Both the position numbers and the translations under genes were made by a program. 64,000 nucleotides of DNA, from positions 30,885-94,884 of the forward strand of contig CAMBEL010000001.1 of assembly GCA_945865605.1 (NCBI GenBank), given 5' to 3'. Origin of the DNA: Bifidobacterium breve. GTDB lineage: Bacteria > Actinomycetota > Acidimicrobiia > IMCC26256 > JAENVU01. The notes under the pieces were generated by a model. It ran no database searches and was not told where the DNA came from. It saw only the letters and a program-made list of their open reading frames with translations. Positions 46,197 to 55,135 of this stretch are shown here, in pieces. How positions within the stretch are numbered: the stretch's first letter is position 1; each line of letters opens with the position of its first letter.

Positions 46197-47383
46197 CCGT
46201 CTAGGCGTTCGATCACCGTCGCGTTCGCCTGGCCGCCACCCTCACACATCGTTTGAAAGCCGAATCGGCCACCCGTATCCTCGAGATGGTTGAGCATCGT
46301 GGTCATGAGGCGTACACCACTCGCACCGAGTGGATGACCCAGAGCGATCGCGCCCCCACGTGGATTGAACTTTGAACAATCGGGCTCAAACTCCTTCGCC
46401 CACATAAGCGCAATCGCTGCGAACGCTTCATTGCATTCCATCGCATCGAAGTCTTCGATCTTCATTCCCGAGCGTTCTAGAAGTTTGCGTGTCGCCGGGT
46501 TGGGGGCCGAGAGCACCAGTACTGGATCATCAGCGGCGACGGTGAAGTGCACGAACCGCGCGCGAATCGGTAGTCCGAGGCGTTCGGCTGTCGCTCGGTC
46601 GGCAATCAACATCGCAGCAGCGCCATCGCTCATCTGGGACGCGTTTCCCGCTGTGATGTCGGGTGCAGGTTGGTCGGCCGACTCCCATGCCGCACCCAGA
46701 GCGCCCAACGCTCCGGGCGTGCCCCCGCGCCTGATCCCTTCATCAGCGGTCAACATCTCTGCCGTGCCGCGACCCTCTTCATCCCTGCGTGGGATTGGCA
46801 AGATCTCGCGAGCAAAGAAACCGTTGTCGGTGTTCTCTGCAGCCCTGCGGTGACTCTCTAATGCGAACGCATCCATTTCTTCGCGGGTTACACCGAAGCG
46901 ATCTGCAAGTACCTGAGCGACCCAGAACTGAATGCCGATCGTGTTGTTCGTATGTTGCATGAAATCGGGGCTAAATGGCCCAGTACCGCCACGTGCATTC
47001 GTGGACATCGGAGAGCGAGTCATTGATTCGACTCCGCATGCAATCCCAATGTCATAAGCCCCAGCGATAACTCCTTGCGCTACGAAGTGTGCTGCCTGTT
47101 GAGAGGAGCCGCACTGCCGATCGACGCTTGTCGCGGGAACGTGCCAAGGCAATCCGCCGGCGACCCACGCATTACGGGTCACGTTGCAGCCCTGCTCCCC
47201 CGTTTGGGTAACGCACCCTCCAACGACATCGTCAATGATGCCAGGATCCAAATCGACTCGCTCCAGCAATCCGCGCAGCGTGTAGGCGAGCAGGTCAGTT
47301 GGATGCCAGCCAGCCAACATGCCCTTGCGCTTGCCAATCGGCGTGCGGATGGTGTCAACAATCACTGCTTCACGAGTAGCCAT
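46193..47383 (-). CDS. acetyl-CoA C-acyltransferase (thiolase II)
   Basis: Start MATREAVIVDTIRTPIGKRKG. Catalytic contexts VDRQCGSSQQA, GHPLGASG and CEGGGQANA. 4-nt overlap with the downstream ligase. Confidence 0.9.
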   Translation of the reverse strand: MATREAVIVDTIRTPIGKRKGMLAGWHPTDLLAYTLRGLLERVDLDPGIIDDVVGGCVTQTGEQGCNVTRNAWVAGGLPWHVPATSVDRQCGSSQQAAHFVAQGVIAGAYDIGIACGVESMTRSPMSTNARGGTGPFSPDFMQHTNNTIGIQFWVAQVLADRFGVTREEMDAFALESHRRAAENTDNGFFAREILPIPRRDEEGRGTAEMLTADEGIRRGGTPGALGALGAAWESADQPAPDITAGNASQMSDGAAAMLIADRATAERLGLPIRARFVHFTVAADDPVLVLSAPNPATRKLLERSGMKIEDFDAMECNEAFAAIALMWAKEFEPDCSKFNPRGGAIALGHPLGASGVRLMTTMLNHLEDTGGRFGFQTMCEGGGQANATVIERLDG

Positions 47384-47434
47384 AGCCGACACGCTAGTCA
47401 GACGCGAGATAGCCATCGATAGGATGCGCCACTT

Positions 47435-49231
47435 GTGAGCCTGCGAATCGCGGCACTTGTAAAACAGATCCCCGCGTTCGAGGCGATGGAGCTTGGTCCT
47501 GACTCGCGCCTGGTCCGCGATGGACTTGAACTTGAGATGAATCCGTATTGCCGTCGTGCTGTGGCCAAGGCAGTCGAACTCGCTCAGGAGCACGGTGGCA
47601 CAGTGACGCTTTGCACTCTCGGCCCCCCAAACGCCGAGGATTGCTTACGCGAAGGAATCGCTTGGGGCCTAGATCGCAACGTTGAAACCTCTGGAGTCCT
47701 AATCACCGATCCGGAATTCGCGGGATCGGACACTCTTGCCACCGCTCGCGCTCTGGCTGCGGCCCTCGTTCGCGAAGGCCCATTTGACCTCATTCTTACG
47801 GGTAGGAACTCGGTAGATGCAGACACCGGCCAGGTTGGACCGGAACTAGCTGAACTTATGGGTCTGCCATTCGCGACAGCTGTGCGACATCTTTCACTCG
47901 CGGAAGGCGTCCTAGACCTGCGTTGTCAACATGACGATGGGTGGGTACAGGTACGCGTCGCGTTACCGGCGCTCATTTCGACCGCGGAGCGGCTGACGGA
48001 ACCGTGCAAGGTCGACCCCCCAGGCCGTGCTGCAGTCGACGCCGATCGCATTCGTGCTGTCGATGCAGCGGCGCTCGGTGCTGGGCCTTGGGGACAAGCC
48101 GCTAGTCCGACCTCAGTTGGTGCGGTACGGGTACATGAAGTCGCGCGCGACAGGCGTGTTTGGCGGGACACCTCGTTGCAAGAGCAGGTCGAAAATGCGG
48201 TCGGGCTGCTCGCATTGCGTGGCGCGTTCGACTCATCACACGATCACCTTGCCACTACTGGAGAAGTAACTCCGGCAGTCCACGTTGCCAGTCGTGCGGA
48301 TGACCGCGTCGTATTGGTTGTTCTGGAACCTGGTCACGATGCATTGGCGCGTGAGTTGCTTGGCACATCGTCAATGTTTGATGCCCACGTTGTAGCAATC
48401 ACGGTCGAGAAACCCGATGCCGATGTGCTTGGCGGTTGGGGTGCGGATGAAATCGTGGAACTACCGGGCCTAGTAATCGAAGAAGACATCGCAAGCGGCG
48501 TGAAGGAGCTAGCGCGCGAAGTGCATCCTTGGGCGATCATCGCTCCCGGAACAGCATGGGGGCGCGAGATCGCGTCGCGAGTTGCCGCAGGTTTAAGCGC
48601 GGGCCTCACAGGAGATGCAATAGGCTTTCAAGTCGAGGACGGACGACTCGTCGGGCTAAAGCCGGCTTTCGGCGGTCGGCTAGTTGCTGCCATCCATGCG
48701 ACATCCGATGTGCAGATGGCAACCGTGCGTGCAGGGATGCTGCCGATGATGACTCCTCGCGAATACCGCGCTCCGATCCGCTCCCTGGAGGTCGCACAGA
48801 CGAGTCGCGTTGAGGTTTTGGCGCGCGTGCGAGACGATGACCTAGATGTACTCGCCGAAGCGAGTGCCGTGGTCGGGGTGGGTGAAGCGATAGACCCGTC
48901 TGACTATCCCCGGCTTCAACTGTTACTAGACGTCCTCGGTGCGGAACTTGGAGCCACTCGCAAGGTGACCGACCGCGGTTGGTTACCCCGTGCACGCCAA
49001 ATTGGAATCACCGGACGAAGCATCGCGCCTCGACTGTTCATTTCGATCGGCGCGAGTGGAAAGTTCAATCACATGGTCGGGGTTCGCGGAGCGCTGAACG
49101 TCCTGGCTGTGAACAACGACCCGAATGCACTCGTTTTCGATGTCGCAGATGCCGGGATAGTGGGCGAATGGCAAGCAGTGATACCGCTCCTGGTCGAGGA
49201 GCTCAGTCGGAGATATCCGCCAACTTCTTGA
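47435..49231 (+). CDS. electron transfer flavoprotein, fused beta (N-terminal) and alpha (C-terminal) subunits
   Basis: 598-aa single ORF. Residues 1 to about 200 are EtfB-like (IAALVKQIP..NPYCRRAVAKAVEL..GRNSVDADTGQVGPELAELMGLP). Residues from about 290 to 598 are EtfA-like (GREIASRVAAGLSAGLTGD..PRLFISIGASGKFNHMVG..AVNNDPNA). Confidence 0.8.
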   Translation: MSLRIAALVKQIPAFEAMELGPDSRLVRDGLELEMNPYCRRAVAKAVELAQEHGGTVTLCTLGPPNAEDCLREGIAWGLDRNVETSGVLITDPEFAGSDTLATARALAAALVREGPFDLILTGRNSVDADTGQVGPELAELMGLPFATAVRHLSLAEGVLDLRCQHDDGWVQVRVALPALISTAERLTEPCKVDPPGRAAVDADRIRAVDAAALGAGPWGQAASPTSVGAVRVHEVARDRRVWRDTSLQEQVENAVGLLALRGAFDSSHDHLATTGEVTPAVHVASRADDRVVLVVLEPGHDALARELLGTSSMFDAHVVAITVEKPDADVLGGWGADEIVELPGLVIEEDIASGVKELAREVHPWAIIAPGTAWGREIASRVAAGLSAGLTGDAIGFQVEDGRLVGLKPAFGGRLVAAIHATSDVQMATVRAGMLPMMTPREYRAPIRSLEVAQTSRVEVLARVRDDDLDVLAEASAVVGVGEAIDPSDYPRLQLLLDVLGAELGATRKVTDRGWLPRARQIGITGRSIAPRLFISIGASGKFNHMVGVRGALNVLAVNNDPNALVFDVADAGIVGEWQAVIPLLVEELSRRYPPTS

Positions 49232-50630
49232 GTGTTTCGAGTTCTTCTTCGAGTGCATCGATCATTGACCAGATGTCGGGCACCATTTCTCGATCGGCTA
49301 CCAGGCCGAAGTCGAGACCACCGTTGTACGACATCAATGTCATGTTCAGCCCGACGCCGTCGGTAATCGCAGAAATCGGGTAGATGCCTTCCATGCGTGC
49401 GCCCGAGGTGTACAGCGGGAACTGCGGACCAGGAACATTGGAAATAACGACATTGAACGGCAAGTTGACCCTGTCCATGAGACGCGCCCGTGCCGCAACG
49501 CGATTGGCCATCCCGAGTACAGACGGGGGCGTGAACGCAGCAAAATCTTGGAGAAGAGCTGCCGGCAGAGCGCCATGTTCGTGTTTGGCAATCACCATCT
49601 CTGCTTGCATCTCCTGGAGCCTGCGTAGTGGATCTGCTTGATCGGTTGGTAGCACCGCGACCATCGCGGAAATGCGGTTGCCCCCGGTGCCCTTGTCATC
49701 TTCCACGCGTACCGATACCGGGACCATCGCCAATAATGGACCGTCCGGAAGTGCTTCATGTTTGATCAGCCAACGCCTAAGCGCGCCAGCGCATAAAGTC
49801 ATTACGACATCGTTGACCGTCGCTCCCGTTTTGTTCTTCACTGCCTTGATGTCACTCAACGCGAGAGTGCCGAACGCCCAGCGCCGGTGAGGCGTAATGA
49901 TGCCGTTAAAAGGCGTTCGCGGTGCGGTTACGGAGGGACGCGACAACACATCGTCACGCGGGCGCAGTCCTGGAATGGGCAGCGCGAAGTTACGACTAAT
50001 TGTGCCGAGCGATGGGACTGCGTGACGAGCTAACCGCATGCCAACGCGCGGGCGGCTCGTGAGACCCAGTAATCCGCGACCGAGCATCGATAACTGACTC
50101 GGTTCACGTTCCCATTGCCACGCCTCGGCCGGAGGTTGTGCGGGTGGCGCTTCAGGTTCCATATCGAGCAGTACACCGAGGATCTCTGCGCCTTCAACGC
50201 CGTCGATACATGCGTGATGGATCTTGGTCAACTCTGCGATTCGGCCCCCTTCTAGGCCCTCGATCACGTACATCTCCCACAATGGACGACTGCGATCGAG
50301 GTGACGAGCTGCGATGCGTACCGCCAGTTCCGCTAACTGGGTTTGGTCGCCCGGCGGCGGAACCGCTATATGTCGAAGGTGAAAATCGATGTCGAAATCT
50401 GGATCTTCGATCCAGAATGGGCAGTCGATGCCCAGTGGCACTTCAACGAGACGTCTGCGGAACGGTGCCACGAGATGAATCCGTTCGAGTACGAGGTTGC
50501 GGACATCATCGAAGGTGACCGGCCTGGGTGCGGTTGACGGATCGAAAACGGCGAGCGACGCGACATGGCCATAGGTGGTTGGAGTTTCCATGCGCAGAAA
50601 ACTCGTATCAAGTCCGGACAACTGTTTCAT
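49203..50630 (-). CDS. wax ester synthase/diacylglycerol O-acyltransferase (WS/DGAT)
   Basis: 475 aa with the HHACIDGVEG (HHxxxDG) active site, and an N-terminus LSGLDTSFL typical of the family. Confidence 0.9.
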   Translation of the reverse strand: MKQLSGLDTSFLRMETPTTYGHVASLAVFDPSTAPRPVTFDDVRNLVLERIHLVAPFRRRLVEVPLGIDCPFWIEDPDFDIDFHLRHIAVPPPGDQTQLAELAVRIAARHLDRSRPLWEMYVIEGLEGGRIAELTKIHHACIDGVEGAEILGVLLDMEPEAPPAQPPAEAWQWEREPSQLSMLGRGLLGLTSRPRVGMRLARHAVPSLGTISRNFALPIPGLRPRDDVLSRPSVTAPRTPFNGIITPHRRWAFGTLALSDIKAVKNKTGATVNDVVMTLCAGALRRWLIKHEALPDGPLLAMVPVSVRVEDDKGTGGNRISAMVAVLPTDQADPLRRLQEMQAEMVIAKHEHGALPAALLQDFAAFTPPSVLGMANRVAARARLMDRVNLPFNVVISNVPGPQFPLYTSGARMEGIYPISAITDGVGLNMTLMSYNGGLDFGLVADREMVPDIWSMIDALEEELETLKKLADISD

Positions 50631-50696
50631 GATTTCCTCCTTCCGGACTACACACTACGACCATCACGACTTGACATGCAGGGCTACAGTTGTGAC

Positions 50697-51605
50697 ATGA
50701 CTCGACGAGTCGGGCAAGCGGCATGCATTGGCTTTCTTCTAGTGGCCATCTCGGGTTGTTTCAAGTTTGGTCCGATCTTCACCGCTTCTTGTGGCAACAA
50801 ACTGGTCGCATCATCGACCGGACCGGTTCAAGACCCTGCCCTTGTCGAGATCTCCGGTATTCAATCCGGTAGAGCAAACAACGGCATCTGGTGGGTGCAT
50901 AACGACTCCGGGGACAGCGCGCGTCTCTTCGCCATCGGCGACAACGGAGTGACTCAACGGGTGTATACGTTGACTGGCGCATTGGCTGTCGACTGGGAAG
51001 ACCTGGCAATCGGGCGCGGCCCGGTACCCGGCACCAGTTACCTCTACGCCGGCGATATCGGTGACAACGCAGCAGCGCGCAGCGAAATCGTTGTGTACCG
51101 CGTTCCAGAACCGACGGTAACCACTGGAGCGCCGACCGCACTCGGCGGAGTCGAGGCACTCCGCCTTCGGTACCCGGACGGAGCACACAATGCAGAGGCG
51201 CTATTTATGGACCCACTGACCGGGGACCTGGTGATCGTGGAGAAAAAACTTGCTGGTGGGAATATCGGCGTGTACCACGCACCGGCAAATCTCGTAGCGA
51301 ACAGCCTCACGACCATGGAGTTAGCCAAGACAATCAATGTGGGGACGGGAATCGCCAACGTTGTTACCGGCGCATCGATATCGCCTGATGGCTCGCAGAT
51401 CGGTTTGCGCACGTACGGAGGTACGCGAATCTTCCAGCGGGAGTCGTATATCTCTGCGCCCGCAGCATTGAGTGGAAGACCGTGCATTGGTCCGACGCCT
51501 GCAGAAATTCAGGGCGAAGCGATTGGCTTCGACTCAGATAGTCGCGGATTTGTGACCGTCAGCGAGGGAAGCAACCAGTTGCTCAACCACTACCGTGCTC
51601 CGTAG
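50697..51605 (+). CDS. secreted lipoprotein, unknown function (propeller-like repeat signature)
   Basis: MTRRVGQAACIGFLLVAISGC lipobox. Paralogous to the next gene. Motifs EISGI, WWVHNDSGD, DWEDLAIG, GDIGDN and QGEAIGFD. Confidence 0.6.
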   Translation: MTRRVGQAACIGFLLVAISGCFKFGPIFTASCGNKLVASSTGPVQDPALVEISGIQSGRANNGIWWVHNDSGDSARLFAIGDNGVTQRVYTLTGALAVDWEDLAIGRGPVPGTSYLYAGDIGDNAAARSEIVVYRVPEPTVTTGAPTALGGVEALRLRYPDGAHNAEALFMDPLTGDLVIVEKKLAGGNIGVYHAPANLVANSLTTMELAKTINVGTGIANVVTGASISPDGSQIGLRTYGGTRIFQRESYISAPAALSGRPCIGPTPAEIQGEAIGFDSDSRGFVTVSEGSNQLLNHYRAP

Positions 51606-51608
51606 AAC

Positions 51609-52514
51609 ATGAGTTTTGGTCGGACTAGCTTTTTCGTTCTCGTAGCCACGTTGCTGTTCAGTGTTCCGAGCGCTGCGAGCGCTGCGAGTGACAATTGTCC
51701 GCCATCGCGGCGATCCACATCGCCGGGAACTGTGACCGATCCACAACTCACGGAAATATCTGGCATCGTGTCTGGACGCCGCAACGCGCACACCTGGTGG
51801 GTTCACAACGATTCGGGTGATACGGCGAGGGTGTTCGCCCTCGGCGCGAAGGGCAATGTTCGCCGCGTTTACTCGCTCGACGGTGCGTCGGCTACAGACT
51901 GGGAGGACTTGGCCATTGGGCCCGGCCCTCGCAAAGGGGTGAACTACCTGTACATGGCTGACATCGGCGACAACGCCGCCGCGCGTCCTGAGGTAGTGAT
52001 CTACAGAGTTGCAGAGCCGAAGGTGACTAACGGATCGCGCCCGTTGACACTCGGCAAGGTCGCCGCATTCCACTTGCTTTATCCCGATGGGCCGCGCGAC
52101 GCGGAAGCCCTACTCGTGGACACTGTCACCAGAGACGTCTTCATCATTGGCAAGCGATACCAGGGTGGCACGGTTCACATATTTCGCATGCCGCCAAAAC
52201 TCAAGTCTGGCAGTACCTCGACTCTCGTAGACGTTGGAACCATCACATTGCCGAAAGGCATTCCCAATGCGATTACCGGTGGAGACATCGCACCTAATGG
52301 CGGCGGGATCTTGTTACGTACCTACGGAACCGTGCGGCTATTCACGCGCGGTAAGAAGCAATCCGTTCCAAGTGCACTAACTGGAGTGTCATGCGTTGTT
52401 GACTCCCCGATCGAGAGCCAGGGTGAAGCAATAGGGTTCGACCGGAACGGTAAAGGGTTCGTCACGGTCGGCGAAGGCGCTAACCGAGAAATAAACCACG
52501 TGTCTCTTCGCTAG
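51609..52514 (+). CDS. secreted protein, tandem paralogue of 50697-51605
   Basis: Signal peptide MSFGRTSFFVLVATLLFSVPSAASA. Same motif set as the upstream gene. Confidence 0.65.
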   Translation: MSFGRTSFFVLVATLLFSVPSAASAASDNCPPSRRSTSPGTVTDPQLTEISGIVSGRRNAHTWWVHNDSGDTARVFALGAKGNVRRVYSLDGASATDWEDLAIGPGPRKGVNYLYMADIGDNAAARPEVVIYRVAEPKVTNGSRPLTLGKVAAFHLLYPDGPRDAEALLVDTVTRDVFIIGKRYQGGTVHIFRMPPKLKSGSTSTLVDVGTITLPKGIPNAITGGDIAPNGGGILLRTYGTVRLFTRGKKQSVPSALTGVSCVVDSPIESQGEAIGFDRNGKGFVTVGEGANREINHVSLR

Positions 52515-52526
52515 TTGGTTGGCACC

Positions 52527-53039
52527 CTATTTGGCGGCTTCGCGTGCCAGAGGCCGCCAGAAGATGACGAGCAACAACGCTGCGCTGAGCCCGCCAATTC
52601 CAGCTGCGACTACAAGCCCACACCATCCAACCCAATCGACACCGAGCGCATTGTCCAACGACCACTCCCCCGCACCGAGTGCACCGATAGCAACGGATAC
52701 GAGGATCAGAGTCATTACATACTCGTATCCTTCTCCAGGACGAAAGATGAAGAAGCCATTTCGGAGATGGTTTGTGATGAGCGCAACAAGCAACAAGCCG
52801 ACGGCGCCAGCAGCGGCGATCGGGGTAAGCAGCCCAAGGATCAACATCGGCCCCACCACCAACTCGGTGAGTGTCGCTAGCCATGCATGCAACTTGCCTG
52901 GCTTCATACCGAGGCTCTCAAACCAGCGACCCGTGCCCTCGATCTTGCCGCCACCGAAAAGATGGTTGTAGCCGTGTGCAAGCATCACGATGCCAACAGA
53001 AACCCGCAGTATTAGTAGTCCCGCGTCAGTACCTTCCAT
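52527..53039 (-). CDS. DoxX-family membrane protein
   Basis: ATG 53039 behind AGGGGGA. LLILRVSVGIVMLAHGYNHLFG and four TM segments. Confidence 0.8.
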   Translation of the reverse strand: MEGTDAGLLILRVSVGIVMLAHGYNHLFGGGKIEGTGRWFESLGMKPGKLHAWLATLTELVVGPMLILGLLTPIAAAGAVGLLLVALITNHLRNGFFIFRPGEGYEYVMTLILVSVAIGALGAGEWSLDNALGVDWVGWCGLVVAAGIGGLSAALLLVIFWRPLAREAAK

Positions 53040-53107
53040 GGGTCCCCCTTGAACCTCGGTGCGCGATAAACCTAGTGCCATATGCGCCAGCGGAAGACAA
53101 TGCCGGT

Positions 53108-53347
53108 ATGCGCGCGACACGCCATGGAGCACCGTACGATGCGCTTCCCATGACCGCATTCGACGCGCTGCCCTCTACTTGCTTGCGCTGTGGTAAGCCC
53201 GCACAGTTGCGGTTCGCTGGGCCGTGCGCCGACTGCGTTATCGAGTTATATGCAAAGTTCCCTGGGGGGGCGCGCGACGTGACGGCGGCGGAATATGAAC
53301 CGAAGATGAACGTGACTCCCAACGCCGTAGCGGTCAAGGACGACTAA
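53108..53347 (+). CDS. small hypothetical protein with a CxxC..CxxC motif
   Basis: CLRCGKPAQLRFAGPCADC. High third-position GC by eye. Start is 53108 or 53150. Confidence 0.4.
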   Translation: MRATRHGAPYDALPMTAFDALPSTCLRCGKPAQLRFAGPCADCVIELYAKFPGGARDVTAAEYEPKMNVTPNAVAVKDD

Positions 53348-53431
53348 CCATGAAGGTGTCGGGGCAATGGTGAAAGTGGCTTATGGGCGCTAGGGTGACA
53401 CTGGCGTCAGGAAACTCACCAGGGGGAATAC

Positions 53432-54625
53432 ATGCGTCCCGAAGATTTCATCCTCGTTAGCGTTGACGATCACGTGGTGGAGCCACCCACGATGTTCGAC
53501 AACCACTTGCCAGACAAGTGGAAGGAGTTCGCACCCAAAAGCGTGCGCGATGAGGAGCGCGGCATTGATGTCTGGACATATGAGGGAAATGTGATCCCGA
53601 ATATCGGACTCAACGCGGTTGCAGGGCGCCCTCCCGAGGAATACAACATCGAGCCCACGTCATACGACGACATACGCGACGGCTGCTACGACATCCACGA
53701 GCGCGTCAAGGACATGAACCGCAACGGTGTACTGGGGTCCATGTGCTTCCCGAGTTTCGTTCAGTTTTGCGGCCAGTTGTTCTCGAAGGCCGATGACCTC
53801 GACATGGCACTGAACATGGTGCGTGCGTATAACGACTGGCACATTGACGAATGGTGCGGCACCTATCCAGGCCGCTTTATCCCGCTCTCGATTCCACCCA
53901 TCTGGGACCCGCAACTAATGGCAGATGAAGTGCGAAGGGTCGCCAAGAAAGGGTGCCGCGCGGTCACGTTCTCCGAAAGCCCTGCCAAGTTGGGCTGGCC
54001 GCACGTATTTGGCGACCACTGGGATCCATTCTTTGCGGCATGCGAAGACGAAGGTACGGTTATCGCACTTCACATCGGTTCAAGTTCCACAATGCTTGCG
54101 CTGGAACCCGGAGCACCGATCGATGTGATGATCACCCTCACGCCACTGAACACAATGCATGCCGCAACCGACCTGCTTTGGAGTTCTGTACTACGTCGCT
54201 TCCCGAACTTGCAGTTTGCATTGAGCGAAGGTGGAACCGGTTGGCTCCCATACTGGCTTGAGCGCATCGACTACGTGTACCAACAGCACCGGTTCTGGAC
54301 GGGACAAGATTTTGGTGACCAGTTACCGAGCCAGGTTGCCAAGGATCACTTCTCGTTCTGCTTCATCAGCGATGCAGCGGGCGTCGCGCAGCGTGACGCG
54401 ATTGGCGTCGACTCGATGACTTGGGAGTGTGACTACCCCCACTCGGACTCGACTTGGCCGAATTCGCCGGAATCGGTTGCCAAGCAACTAGAGGGTCTGT
54501 CCGATGAAGTGGTGAACAAGTTCACTCACGAAAACGCCATTCGGATCTATCAGTTCGACCCGTTCGCGTTTCGGCCGAAGGAGCAATGCACTGTCGGGGC
54601 ACTGCGCGCCGAAGTTAACGACTAG
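53432..54625 (+). CDS. amidohydrolase-2 family protein
   Basis: 397 aa. VSVDDHVVEPP start region, and W.CDYPHSDSTWP near the C-terminus. RBS GGGGGAA. Confidence 0.85.
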   Translation: MRPEDFILVSVDDHVVEPPTMFDNHLPDKWKEFAPKSVRDEERGIDVWTYEGNVIPNIGLNAVAGRPPEEYNIEPTSYDDIRDGCYDIHERVKDMNRNGVLGSMCFPSFVQFCGQLFSKADDLDMALNMVRAYNDWHIDEWCGTYPGRFIPLSIPPIWDPQLMADEVRRVAKKGCRAVTFSESPAKLGWPHVFGDHWDPFFAACEDEGTVIALHIGSSSTMLALEPGAPIDVMITLTPLNTMHAATDLLWSSVLRRFPNLQFALSEGGTGWLPYWLERIDYVYQQHRFWTGQDFGDQLPSQVAKDHFSFCFISDAAGVAQRDAIGVDSMTWECDYPHSDSTWPNSPESVAKQLEGLSDEVVNKFTHENAIRIYQFDPFAFRPKEQCTVGALRAEVND

Positions 54626-54816
54626 AGACCCACCCGCAGCACGCTCCGTTTTCGGCATCGGCAACTTCGACGCCTAAGTGATTGAGCGTGCCCGGCACGG
54701 ACCTTCGTCGGCTCCGTTCCAAATAACTTCGTATAGAAGGCGATGGCCTCATCTAGATCTCCGACATTGAGGGCCAATTGAAGGCGTCCGCTAATAGGTA
54801 CAACCTGGGTAGTCAT
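54622..54816 (-). pseudogene. decayed CadI/ArsI-like VOC (glyoxalase-fold) gene remnant
   Basis: The first 44 codons (MTTQVVPISGRLQLALNVGDLDEAIAFYTKLFGTEPTKVRAGHA) are family-typical, then the frame degenerates into a basic tail. A shifted frame reads LNHLGVEVADAENGACCGW, recalling later family motifs. Total length is far shorter than a VOC domain pair. Confidence 0.4.
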
Positions 54817-55049
54817 TGTGTCTCCTCGATCGCTTCGCCAGTAGCGCCACACCAACGGCACTCAATCTTGTCGAACACCTCCGACAGGATCTCCGAACTC
54901 TCGATTTCGAGCTCGCCGCCAACGCTGAAGTGCTGAAACTCCTTCACGCGCCGGGTGGCGGTTACATCGAATCGCGTGAGATTGCCGCAAGCCGTACATC
55001 GATACCGAGTCACAGAGGAAGTCGGTCCGGAAGTCACGGAGGAAGCCAC
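54813..55049 (-). CDS. small zinc-ribbon protein (78 aa), hypothetical
   Basis: YRCTACGN...IECRWCG has two CxxC pairs. ATGA overlap with the downstream VOC remnant. Confidence 0.5.
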   Translation of the reverse strand: MASSVTSGPTSSVTRYRCTACGNLTRFDVTATRRVKEFQHFSVGGELEIESSEILSEVFDKIECRWCGATGEAIEETQ

Positions 55050-55087
55050 GCCGTCGATGTTACCGGTGCGCTACACGACAGACCCCC

Positions 55088-55123
55088 GGGGTTGGGGGCC
55101 GGGGGTTGGGGGTTAGGGAGGGG
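55088..55123 (+). other. G-quadruplex-prone tract (six G3-5 runs)
   Basis: GGGGTTGGGGGCCGGGGGTTGGGGGTTAGGGAGGGG lies in the 108-bp divergent spacer. Confidence 0.45.
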
Positions 55124-55135
55124 TGCGCCCATTGA

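Noticed and set aside
49203-49231. Convergent CDS overlaps (ETF/WS-DGAT 29 nt, exonuclease/membrane protein 43 nt at 56786-56828)
   Set aside because: Short convergent 3' overlaps are common in compact actinobacterial genomes. There is no evidence of special function.
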